From: Anaerolineales bacterium
GTDB lineage: Bacteria; Chloroflexota; Anaerolineae; Anaerolineales; JABWBV01
DNA length: 40,319 nt
Reading direction: 5' to 3'
Assembly (NCBI GenBank): GCA_041632295.1
Contig: JBFKII010000001.1
Coordinates: forward strand, 1-40,319
How positions within the stretch are numbered: position 1 is the first letter of the stretch; the number at the start of each line of letters is the position of its first letter. Of the stretch, positions 30,787 through 39,418 are shown one piece after another. Made by a program: the position numbers and the translations under genes. Under the pieces are notes generated by a model. That model was not told the DNA's origin, did not search any database, and worked only from the letters and a program-made list of their open reading frames with translations.

Positions 30787-32691
30787 CTAAGGCTGCAGGT
30801 GTTTCACGAAGAAATCGGTGATGGCATTGTAGCAGCGCACCTTGTTTTCGAACTTGAGCACGTCATGGCCCTCGTTTTCGAACATCAGGTATTCCACCTC
30901 TTTCCCCTGGGAATTGAGATAGTCAACGAGGTCGCGCGATTCCTGCTCCACCACACGCGGGTCGTTTTTTCCCTGGATCACCAGCATCGGCGCACGGATC
31001 TGCTCCAGGTAAGTCCTGGGGGAGCGCTCGACCAGGAACGCCTTCTCCTCGGGGATCTCCGGGTCTCCCAGGGCGATCTTGAAATACGGTTTCCAGGTTG
31101 CGGGGATGCGATCCGAGAAGGTCAACAGGTCGTACGGCCCGAACATATCGCACGAAGCTGCCCATAATTCAGGATGCCTGCCGGCCAGAGTCAGGGTCAT
31201 GTAGCCGCCGTACGAGCGCCCAACGACCCCGGCCCTTTTGGTATCCAGGCGATCGTCATTCGGCAGCACTTCGGTCATGGCATGGACGTGGTCCAGCCGG
31301 TCCTGCCCGCCCCAATCGCGGTCGACCATCTTGGTGTATTTCAGGCCGTAGCCGGTACTGCCGCGCACGTTGGGGACGAAAACCGCAAAACCATTGAGCG
31401 TCAGGAACTGGATCAGCGGCATGGAGAACCAGGCGAAGTCCGGCCGCTCCTGGCTCTGCGGCCCGCCGTGAATGTAGTAGATCAGCGGCCGCGGCCCTTC
31501 GTACCCCAACTTCTCTGCCGGCAAATACAGCCTGGCCGAGCAGCGCAGGCCGTCGTGGGACACGAACGGATAGTCTTCGCCTGCGGAGAGCAGGTTGGTA
31601 TCCAGTCCGAGCAGCCGTTCGCTGGTGTGGCTTTCCAATTTGCGCTCCGCATCCAGGGTGTAGATCTGGGTTGGCGAAACGGCGGTGGAAAAAGAAACCG
31701 CCATCGAGTCAACGGTTTTGGAGTAGCGCAATGACTCGATCACCCCGCCGGCCAGCTCCCCCTTGCCGATCAGCACTTTGTCGCAATGGAAGGAAAGCCT
31801 ATTCTCGTCGAAACGACCTTCGTAGACCCAGTCGGCGCCATCGATGTTGAAATGCGCCAGGTAACGGTCGTCCTTGAGGTGGCTGAGGCCGTTGAACTCG
31901 CCCTCCCCGGTGTGCATCTGCCCCACGATAGCTGCCGGCTGCACCTCCGCAGGGCCATCGAGGTCCAGGAAGCCCAGCCCCCCACCGTCTTCGAACAAGG
32001 TGGTGTGAAACATCAGGCCTTTTTCGTCGCAGACAAAATGGGTGCTGTGGATGGCGTTCAACTCGACTTTGTGATCAGGCCCGCGCTTTTCGATCGGCGT
32101 CCCATAGATATTTTGGACCTCACCGCTGGCTTTGTCCCACAAGTACAGGACGTTGTCCGCCACCGCATAGCCCTGGATCAGGACGGCTTTGGTATGGTCA
32201 TCGTTGTGGCTGCCGACCCCTGCCCCGTACGTAGATGTGAAGATATGGGTCCGCTCGCCGGAACGCAGGTCGAGCTGGTATGCATCGTTGCGCGGCTCGG
32301 AATGCGAAGCGGCGCCGATATAGGCCAGGTTTTTTTCACGGTCGACTTTTCCCAAAAAAAAGCGCGCCTCCGCCAGCCCCTCGGTAAACACCGGTTCCGG
32401 ATAGCCTCCGTCCAGCGGGATAAACATCGGCTTGTAATCCTCGTTGCCGTCCTGGTCGAGCATGAGCAGGATCTTTCCCAATTTGGGCAAAACCTGGTAA
32501 AGGTTTCCGATCAGGTGGGGGTTCTGCAGGGCGATCTCGGGCGGAAGCAGCGGTTCGGGCAGTCCTCCGCCGCGCTGCATGCGGTACAGACTCAGCCGCC
32601 CGCTCATATTGCTGACAAAATAGATCTGGTCTCCGGCCAATTGGGGCACGAGAAACTGGCGTGCCGAAAGGAACGACTCAATCCGGTGCAT
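30787..32691 (-). CDS. S9-family serine peptidase (prolyl oligopeptidase/dipeptidyl aminopeptidase-like; beta-propeller plus alpha/beta hydrolase)
   Basis: Nucleophile elbow GRSYGGYMT, IHGGPQ and QGKNDPRV. ATG 32691 (MHRIESF) has AAGGA 8 nt upstream and is preferred over the TTG at 32805. Confidence 0.85.
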   Translation of the reverse strand: MHRIESFLSARQFLVPQLAGDQIYFVSNMSGRLSLYRMQRGGGLPEPLLPPEIALQNPHLIGNLYQVLPKLGKILLMLDQDGNEDYKPMFIPLDGGYPEPVFTEGLAEARFFLGKVDREKNLAYIGAASHSEPRNDAYQLDLRSGERTHIFTSTYGAGVGSHNDDHTKAVLIQGYAVADNVLYLWDKASGEVQNIYGTPIEKRGPDHKVELNAIHSTHFVCDEKGLMFHTTLFEDGGGLGFLDLDGPAEVQPAAIVGQMHTGEGEFNGLSHLKDDRYLAHFNIDGADWVYEGRFDENRLSFHCDKVLIGKGELAGGVIESLRYSKTVDSMAVSFSTAVSPTQIYTLDAERKLESHTSERLLGLDTNLLSAGEDYPFVSHDGLRCSARLYLPAEKLGYEGPRPLIYYIHGGPQSQERPDFAWFSMPLIQFLTLNGFAVFVPNVRGSTGYGLKYTKMVDRDWGGQDRLDHVHAMTEVLPNDDRLDTKRAGVVGRSYGGYMTLTLAGRHPELWAASCDMFGPYDLLTFSDRIPATWKPYFKIALGDPEIPEEKAFLVERSPRTYLEQIRAPMLVIQGKNDPRVVEQESRDLVDYLNSQGKEVEYLMFENEGHDVLKFENKVRCYNAITDFFVKHLQP

Positions 32692-32791
32692 GACGAAATC
32701 CTTGTGGGTTGGTGTGTTTCGCAATTTTACTTGTTTTTGATCATCGCCAAACCCCCTACTTCCTTTCACCTTATCAGCAGTCGTCGTCCGG

Positions 32792-33244
32792 TCAAACGTC
32801 CACAAAGCCGTTCATCCACTCGTGCTCCGGATCCGGGTTTCGCAGGTCGATATTAAAATCTACGGCCCCCTTGAGGGTCAGCAAAACGGTCACCCAACCG
32901 GCGCGCTGCTCGGCATACCAATCCTCGGGCACCCCCGTTTCGATCACAGTCAGCAATGTCCCGCCGCCTTCCCAGGGCTCAAGCCGGAATTCCACTCTGC
33001 TGCCCCCAAAATACTCCAGCGCAAAATACTTAGGCGCTTCCTGCGCCAGGATTTTTCCCTGGTGTGTCATGCCGTTGCTGAAGCGAAAATGGACCACGCC
33101 ATCGATTTCATCGGCGCTGTCCGCCCAGAAAAGCGCCCGTCCCGCTGCGGTCGAAAGCGCCCGGTACACTGTATTTTGAGATGAGGCCAGCTGCACCCGC
33201 AACAGGATGGGTTTCTGGACCTGTGATTCGGACACAGAACTCAC
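32792..33244 (-). CDS. SRPBCC/AHSA1-family protein
   Basis: 150 aa. LASSQNTVYRALST..GRALFWA...FEL/RLEP..GGTLLTV is typical of Activator-of-Hsp90-ATPase-homolog-like START folds. The GTG start directly abuts the upstream TAG. Confidence 0.7.
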   Translation of the reverse strand: MSSVSESQVQKPILLRVQLASSQNTVYRALSTAAGRALFWADSADEIDGVVHFRFSNGMTHQGKILAQEAPKYFALEYFGGSRVEFRLEPWEGGGTLLTVIETGVPEDWYAEQRAGWVTVLLTLKGAVDFNIDLRNPDPEHEWMNGFVDV

Positions 33245-34855
33245 CTAATCGGGTTCCAGGGAGCTGAAATAGTCCCGGATCAGGTCCCGGAACTGGGGCG
33301 GTATCACGCCGCTGTCGATGGCCTCAAAAGCTGCGTCCTGGTAAAAGGGCAGCACCTCGGTGTAAGGGACCCTGGATGGGCTGGTGCTGCCGAGGTCCGC
33401 CGGCCCCAGGCCGACCACATTTTCCCCCTCGAGCCCGGAAGGGGGCAGTGTGACCGTTTCGGACCCGCCGCCGGCGATACTGGAAGGTGTGATCGGCTCA
33501 AACCCGGCCGTCCCGCTTCCATCCGGCAGATTCCCCTGGGAGATCGGCCCTTCCCCCGCTTCCTGACCGCCTCCAGGTTGGTTTTGGCCGCCTTCCCCTG
33601 TGCCTGCCCCGCCGCCGGATTCGCCGGATTGCCCGTTATCGCCAGCGCCCGGCTGTTCCCCCTGGCCGGGTACCCCCGCAACTTCTCCAGGTTGGCCTTC
33701 CCCCTGCTGGCCGGCATCGACCAGGGTCTGCTGGCCTTCTTCCAGCGATTGTGCTGCCCCTTCCGCCGCCTGGGCCTGGGCACCAGCTTCTCCGGCCTGC
33801 TGGATGGCCTGCGCGGCTTGCTCGAGGGCTTGCTGAGCTTCACCGGGGTCCCCCTGGCGAGCCGCCTGGGCGGCCTCCTGCAGTTGCTCCGCGAGCGCTG
33901 GGTCTGAGGACGCCAGGGCCTCGGCCAGCGATTCGAGCTGCTCTGCCAGCCTTTCCCTTTCCGCCTGCTCCATCGCAGAAGCATCGACTTCGCGCAGGTC
34001 CTGGGCTGCCTGATCAAAATTGCCCTGGGCCAGGTTCTCGGCGAAAGGCTCCAGGGGGCCTACGTCCTGGGCCAGCTGGCTGCCGGCGTCCTGAAGGCTC
34101 TGAGCCAGCGCTTGCGCCTCCGGGTCTGCCAGCTCGTTGAGGGCCTGGGCAGCCTCTTCCAGCGCGTTGACCGCATCTTCCAAGGTGGCGGCCTGCTGCA
34201 GGGCCTCCAGCGCCTCCTCCAGCGGGGCGGTCAGCTCGTCTTTCTGCACCTCGCTGAGCTCCGGCGAGGACTCGATCGCCTCGATCAATTCTGCCAGGTT
34301 CTCCGCCTGGGAGGCGATGGCTTCCTGCACCTGGCGCCGCTGGGCGGCGCGGGTGAACGAGTCCACGGCGGCGAACCAGATCCCGATGCAGACCGCCAGC
34401 AGCAGTGCTGCGGCCAGCAGCTCCCGGCCCGGCCACCGGAGGGGCATTTGATTCCGAATGCGTACTGCCCTCGCAGTGGCAAGGGCGTCGGCTGCCTGGA
34501 TGGGCGCAAAACGCGAGTTCCCTGTTCCTGAAGCGCCCTCCAGTTCGAAAGCTGTGGACACCCGCTCTTTCAAATCCAGGCGGCGATCGAAAAAGCGGGC
34601 TGCTGGCTGCCGGCTGTACGGCCAGGCGAGCCCGGCCACAAATCCCAGCACCGGTCCGGCAGCGATCAAAATGGCCAGGCCCACCCGGTATTCGGACTGA
34701 AGGACGTTTTTTCCTACCAGCGCGTAGACCCCGAACAGCGCGGCAGCGCCGGCTCCCACGGCCAAGCCTCGCCCGGCCCAGATCAGGGACCGGCGAAAGC
34801 GGAACCAGCGCAGCCAGCTTTCGAACAGGCGGTGGAGTTCGGTATTGGGGCTCAT
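33245..34855 (-). CDS. membrane-anchored acidic coiled-coil / low-complexity protein (uncharacterised)
   Basis: ATG 34855 forms an ATGA overlap with the permease stop, so it is preferred over 34894. Three N-terminal TM helices, about 200 aa rich in Ala/Glu/Gln, a Gly/Gln/Glu tract, and a C-terminal block VPYTEVLPFYQDAAFEAIDSGVIPPQFRDLIRDYFSSLEP. Confidence 0.6.
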   Translation of the reverse strand: MSPNTELHRLFESWLRWFRFRRSLIWAGRGLAVGAGAAALFGVYALVGKNVLQSEYRVGLAILIAAGPVLGFVAGLAWPYSRQPAARFFDRRLDLKERVSTAFELEGASGTGNSRFAPIQAADALATARAVRIRNQMPLRWPGRELLAAALLLAVCIGIWFAAVDSFTRAAQRRQVQEAIASQAENLAELIEAIESSPELSEVQKDELTAPLEEALEALQQAATLEDAVNALEEAAQALNELADPEAQALAQSLQDAGSQLAQDVGPLEPFAENLAQGNFDQAAQDLREVDASAMEQAERERLAEQLESLAEALASSDPALAEQLQEAAQAARQGDPGEAQQALEQAAQAIQQAGEAGAQAQAAEGAAQSLEEGQQTLVDAGQQGEGQPGEVAGVPGQGEQPGAGDNGQSGESGGGAGTGEGGQNQPGGGQEAGEGPISQGNLPDGSGTAGFEPITPSSIAGGGSETVTLPPSGLEGENVVGLGPADLGSTSPSRVPYTEVLPFYQDAAFEAIDSGVIPPQFRDLIRDYFSSLEPD

Positions 34856-35778
34856 TGACGCGCCGTCCGCCGTACGATCCGGACCGTCAGCCACATCACC
34901 AGCACGGTCAGCAAAGGATAAAGCGCCACGAATCCCAGCCAGGGTGAGGGCGTCAAGACCCCGTTGCCGGAGCCGATCGGCACCCGGATAAAGAACAGGG
35001 ACTGTTCCTCGATCAGGATCAGTTCGGTAACGACGGCAGTCGCCACCGGGCTGGCGATGGCGATCAGCCAGCCGAAGATGAGCAAAATGGTCTCCCGGAT
35101 GACGGAGTTGGGGCTGCTGAAGGTCGAGACTTCGATGATCGAGATCGACATGAGGGCGAAAATGGGGAGCCCGATGGTGATTAAGACCACCGTTCCCTGG
35201 GAAAGCACGGTGGCGATCCGGGCGCGGGTGATGAAGCTGGAATAGAAGAGGCCGATCGCGCCAAAAAACAGGGCGGTCAGGATGAGAATGAGAGTCCCGA
35301 CCAGCAACTCAGAAACCGTCACTCCCCCGAACATGAAGGCGATGCTCAGGATGGGCAGCGTGGCGAACAGCAGCAGCAGCACAAACGAGATCGCCGCCAG
35401 CAATTTTCCGGTTACCAGGGCCCGGGCGGAGAGCAGGGTGGTGCGCAGGAGGTCGAAGGTCTGGCTCTCCTTTTCGGAAGCTATCCCTCCTGCCGTCAGC
35501 GAGGGCGAAATCAGGCATACGGCCACCAGCTCGATCGAATAAATCGTGTAGAACAAGGCCTGCCCGAACTCTTTGCGTGCGTTGATGCCCGGAAAGGCGT
35601 TGTTGGCGCTGGCGAAAGTCATGTAGATCGTCCCGACGAAGCTTCCCAGCAGGATGATGAATCCGGTCAGGGACAAAAATGACCGCCAGCCCCGCATCCG
35701 GCTGCGCATCTCTTTCAGGATGACCGGGTTTTCACGGATCCAGCTTACGGGGCGAAACCTTCGCAACAAAGCGCTCAT
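34852..35778 (-). CDS. ABC-2-type transporter permease (NosY/GldF-like)
   Basis: N-terminal NPVILKEMRSRMRGWRSF motif followed by six predicted TM helices. Confidence 0.8.
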   Translation of the reverse strand: MSALLRRFRPVSWIRENPVILKEMRSRMRGWRSFLSLTGFIILLGSFVGTIYMTFASANNAFPGINARKEFGQALFYTIYSIELVAVCLISPSLTAGGIASEKESQTFDLLRTTLLSARALVTGKLLAAISFVLLLLFATLPILSIAFMFGGVTVSELLVGTLILILTALFFGAIGLFYSSFITRARIATVLSQGTVVLITIGLPIFALMSISIIEVSTFSSPNSVIRETILLIFGWLIAIASPVATAVVTELILIEEQSLFFIRVPIGSGNGVLTPSPWLGFVALYPLLTVLVMWLTVRIVRRTARQ

Positions 35779-35785
35779 GATGACC

Positions 35786-36739
35786 TCAGCTTACCAGCCC
35801 TTTGGTGATCCGCATGAAAACTTCTTCCAGGTCGCGGGTTTCTTCGCTGAAATGGATCAGGCGCACCCCTCCGCCAATCAGCTCGGAAAGCAGCCCGCTC
35901 AGGGCTTCGTCATCGCCGACGAACTCGAATTCGATCCGGTTGCGGTTGGCGCCGGATGCGCCGTTCAATACGATCTCCGAGACCGCCGGATGTTCTTTCA
36001 AAAGGGTCCCTGCGGACTCGGCCGGGCCGAGCGTGGTGATCCGAACCTGCCGGTGTGGCATCACCAGCTGCTGCAGGTCTTCGATTCCTCCGGTTGCGAC
36101 CATCTCGCCGTTTTCGATAATGCCGACGCGGGTGCAGATTTCCGACACGTCGGACAGGATGTGGGTTGAAAAAAAGATCGTTTTCCCCATCCGGGAAAGC
36201 TCGCGCATCAGCTCACGGATCTCGACCCGGGCGCGTGGGTCCAGCCCGGAGGCGGGTTCGTCCAGGATCAGCACCTTGGGGTCATGGACCAACGTGCGGG
36301 CCAGGCTGAGGCGCTGTTTCATGCCGCGCGAGAGCTGGTCGACCATGTCGTCCCTGCGATGGGAGAGGTCAACCAGTTCGAGAAGGTCTTCGATCAGCTT
36401 TTGTCGTTCGACCGCCGGGATGTGGTAGCAGGCGCCGAAAAAATCAAGGTACTCCCAGACTTTCATATCATCGTAGACGCCGAAAAAATCCGGCATGTAG
36501 CCGATCAGGCCACGGACATCCCGGGGTTCCCTGAGCACGCTGTGGCCGTCGACGAAAACCTCTCCACCATCCAGTTGAAGGAGCGTGCAGATCACGCGGA
36601 TGGTAGATGTTTTGCCTGCCCCGTTCGGGCCGACAAATCCGTAAATATCGCCTTCTTCGACGATCAGATTCAGGCGGTTTACGGCAGTGCGCAGGCCGTA
36701 TTTTTTCGTCAGGTCTTTTATTTCAATGATCGGAGCCAT
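35786..36739 (-). CDS. ABC transporter ATP-binding protein
   Basis: Walker A GPNGAGKTS, signature LSRGMKQRLSLA, Walker B VLILDEPASGLD, H-loop STHIL. Confidence 0.95.
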   Translation of the reverse strand: MAPIIEIKDLTKKYGLRTAVNRLNLIVEEGDIYGFVGPNGAGKTSTIRVICTLLQLDGGEVFVDGHSVLREPRDVRGLIGYMPDFFGVYDDMKVWEYLDFFGACYHIPAVERQKLIEDLLELVDLSHRRDDMVDQLSRGMKQRLSLARTLVHDPKVLILDEPASGLDPRARVEIRELMRELSRMGKTIFFSTHILSDVSEICTRVGIIENGEMVATGGIEDLQQLVMPHRQVRITTLGPAESAGTLLKEHPAVSEIVLNGASGANRNRIEFEFVGDDEALSGLLSELIGGGVRLIHFSEETRDLEEVFMRITKGLVS

Positions 36740-36741
36740 GA

Positions 36742-39153
36742 TCAGCGCCGGACGGCGAGTGTGAAATCGGATCGTTCGATCACGATTCTATCATTCGGGT
36801 TGCGGTTCTCGATTTTCAGACGGATTTCAGCCCCCGCGCTGACGTATTTTTCCGGATCCGGAACCTGGAATGTGCCCCAGACCAGGCCTTCTTGCTGGAT
36901 CCAGTCCTCCAGGGTGAAATCCCACAGGGAAATTTCGTACGGGACTGCGCCCTGCCCGCCATAGCTTTCCAGATTGAGCTCCAGGGTAAGCACTTCCTCG
37001 TACTGGAAAGGCTGGTTGAGGCTGAACCGCAGGCTGTATGATCCGATGCCATGGTTGCTGTAGGCTTCGTAAGCACCCACCTGTCCTGAAACCGTGGGCA
37101 CTTCAAAGACGCTCCAGCTGAACATCGAGGGGGGGATGGAGATCTGGCCTTCCATCTGTCCGATCGAGGCCTCCAACTGGACGATGTACAGGGTGTTGTA
37201 CACCCGGATTGGCCTTTCACTGACCAGGTCGGCCGGATTGAGTGGTTGCGTCGACCAGGCAAACAGGTAAATTCCGTTCCCGCGCGTTCCGTTGAGCAAG
37301 ATCGAGCGCACCAGATGAAACCGCTGAATTTCCGTGGGCTCCTGCAGGGAGTATACGGATGTGGTACCAAAAAGGTCCCGCAGGGTGGTGTCCGCTGCGG
37401 GGGCGAGGTTCAGCGGGTTCACGCCAAGCGGAATGGCCCCGGAATTCGGCACGAAGGACAGGTTGACCAGCCGGCTTTCTCCCGGACCCAAAGTGCCCAG
37501 GTGCTGGGCGCCGGATGGGGCAAGGATATAGGCATCTTCGAGGGTCAGTGCGCTCTGGTTGGTGACCTGCCCGCGAACGCCGAGACCCAGCCCGCTGCCG
37601 GCCTCGTAAGCCAATGAATGGGTGATGCGCGGCGCAGGCAGGCTGCCGCTGGTCACGGTCGCCTGGATGCCGCCCACGTCGACCAGCATCTCGGGAATGA
37701 GAAATCCATTCTCCCGTTGGACCACCTGCCAATCCTGGGTGATGTTTCCGGCCACCCCCTGGGAAATAATTGGGTGAGCCACCTGCCCGCCTTCCATCTG
37801 GAGGCGATAGTCCACGCGTGAAGGCGAAAAGACCCCCACAAGGCCGTGGCTCAAGGCGTTTTCCATCTCCGGCCAGACTTCGACAACGCTTAGCTGGGAC
37901 ACGATCGGCCGGTTGCCGCGGATCTGGGAGCCGATCAGAAATGCAGCCCCGGTAAACAGAATGGTGACCACCGGGATCGACACCCAGGCCATCTCCCGGA
38001 TTTTCAATGCCCTGAGCACGAAATAGTTGACCGGCCCAATCATCAGGACGTAAAGGACCAGGAAACCGCAGATCAGCCAGATCGGGGGCAGGGAAAGGCC
38101 GGGGATGTTCGCCAGCGCGTTCCCGGCGTCCCCCCAGCTGGTAAAACCACGGGTCCAAGCAGGTGGGTCCACGGTTGTGTCCAGCAGTCTGCGATACAGA
38201 TCTTCCATGCCGTCCCAATTTCTCAGAGGGGACAGGGCGGGGTCGGCGGCCATATAAATCACCCTGCCGAAACCAATTTGCTTTTCCACCACCAATGGGG
38301 TGCTGCCATCGGCAGCCAGGACGAACGCCTCGGGGTCGATCTCGCCGGTTGCGACCACCGCCTGGCCTTCCAGCGGCTGTTGGGTGTTCGCCATCGCCTG
38401 GATTCCGGGCAGGGCGTCAAGCGTGACCGTCCCGGACGGGTCGAGTGGCAACAGATCCGCAAGGCCGGCTGCGGTTTTTTGCCATCCCGGGCCGCCGGCC
38501 ACGATCAGCCTGCCGCCGTTGGCGATCCACAACCCCAGGGCTTCACGCTGGGCCGGGCTGAGCACCCCGGTGTCCACGTCTGAGATCGCCAGCGTGTCCA
38601 GCGATGCGAAACCCTGGAAATGGACCGGAAAATCAGCCGCCTGAAGCTGCGCCAGGGTGGCACGACCTCCGGGAGGGTCGACGGCCGTCAGGGTGTTGAA
38701 GATCGACGGGCTGGCGGCCCAAACGCCGTAGATCACGTCGTCCTGACCCAGGCAGGTCAGGCCGACCTCGTTTACCGAGAGCAGGTCGTTCCCGTCCCAA
38801 AGCTCGATCAGGACGGAGTCGACGCGATCCGGCGGAAAGGCGAACAGCGTGACTTCCTTGCGGGATACGGCGGGGAGTTCCACTTCGCTGGTATAGCGCC
38901 ACTCCCGCTGCCCGGCCTCAAACGCCGCAACCAGTGATCCATCAATATCCGGACCGTTGTTTTGTAAGGTCACCCGCAGCGGGATCCAGCGCTCGAATTT
39001 GCATAAACCGTCCAACCCCGGGTGCACCTCGATCACCGGAGCGGATTGGGGTAGTTGGCGGGCCAGGGCAGGCCGGGCTGATAGCCCGCTCAGGGTGGGC
39101 AGAAAAAACGCACTGAGGACCAGGATGGCGGTTAAAATCGAGAATTTTTTCAT
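36742..39153 (-). CDS. large exported/membrane protein (signal peptide, ectodomain, TM hairpin, second ectodomain), uncharacterised
   Basis: Signal peptide MKKFSILTAILVLSAFFLPTLSGLSA. Two central TM helices (IWLICGFLVLYVLMIGPVNYFVL; WVSIPVVTILFTGAAFLIGSQI). The segment LSPAQREALGLWIANGGRLIVAGGPGW is reminiscent of GldG/DUF4350-type GATase1-like modules; this is tentative. Confidence 0.6.
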   Translation of the reverse strand: MKKFSILTAILVLSAFFLPTLSGLSARPALARQLPQSAPVIEVHPGLDGLCKFERWIPLRVTLQNNGPDIDGSLVAAFEAGQREWRYTSEVELPAVSRKEVTLFAFPPDRVDSVLIELWDGNDLLSVNEVGLTCLGQDDVIYGVWAASPSIFNTLTAVDPPGGRATLAQLQAADFPVHFQGFASLDTLAISDVDTGVLSPAQREALGLWIANGGRLIVAGGPGWQKTAAGLADLLPLDPSGTVTLDALPGIQAMANTQQPLEGQAVVATGEIDPEAFVLAADGSTPLVVEKQIGFGRVIYMAADPALSPLRNWDGMEDLYRRLLDTTVDPPAWTRGFTSWGDAGNALANIPGLSLPPIWLICGFLVLYVLMIGPVNYFVLRALKIREMAWVSIPVVTILFTGAAFLIGSQIRGNRPIVSQLSVVEVWPEMENALSHGLVGVFSPSRVDYRLQMEGGQVAHPIISQGVAGNITQDWQVVQRENGFLIPEMLVDVGGIQATVTSGSLPAPRITHSLAYEAGSGLGLGVRGQVTNQSALTLEDAYILAPSGAQHLGTLGPGESRLVNLSFVPNSGAIPLGVNPLNLAPAADTTLRDLFGTTSVYSLQEPTEIQRFHLVRSILLNGTRGNGIYLFAWSTQPLNPADLVSERPIRVYNTLYIVQLEASIGQMEGQISIPPSMFSWSVFEVPTVSGQVGAYEAYSNHGIGSYSLRFSLNQPFQYEEVLTLELNLESYGGQGAVPYEISLWDFTLEDWIQQEGLVWGTFQVPDPEKYVSAGAEIRLKIENRNPNDRIVIERSDFTLAVRR

Positions 39154-39372
39154 GAATTCCAGCCGGTAACGCTGCTTATCATACCGCGTTTCTTTTTCGG
39201 GCCGGATGATGGTTGGCTGAGAGCTTTCCAGAACAGGACCCCCCAGTTTGCCCTGTTTGCAACAGCTTGAGAGTTACGAACAACATACCAGAATGAGGAG
39301 CCGGGCTCCAATTCGGCGTGAGGAAAATTATTAAGATTGCCTGATCGAATCGTTCCCGGACTTCACGCCTGC

Positions 39373-39381
39373 TGGTAAGAT
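39373..39381 (+). promoter_or_regulatory. possible extended -10 promoter (TGgTAAGAT) for the dioxygenase gene
   Basis: TG at 39373-39374 and TAAGAT at 39376-39381, about 38 nt upstream of the ATG at 39419. The -35 is weak. Confidence 0.3.
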
Positions 39382-39418
39382 CAAATGCAAAGAACTTCCT
39401 TCATAGCCAGGAGCTTCG

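Noticed and set aside
33540-33720. GC-rich repetitive-looking DNA (GGC/CAG-rich), and GAA/GAG-rich DNA at ~29105-29214.
   Set aside because: Both are coding low-complexity tracts (the Gly/Gln/Glu region of the coiled-coil protein and the poly-Glu tail of L25). Neither is a discrete DNA repeat array.
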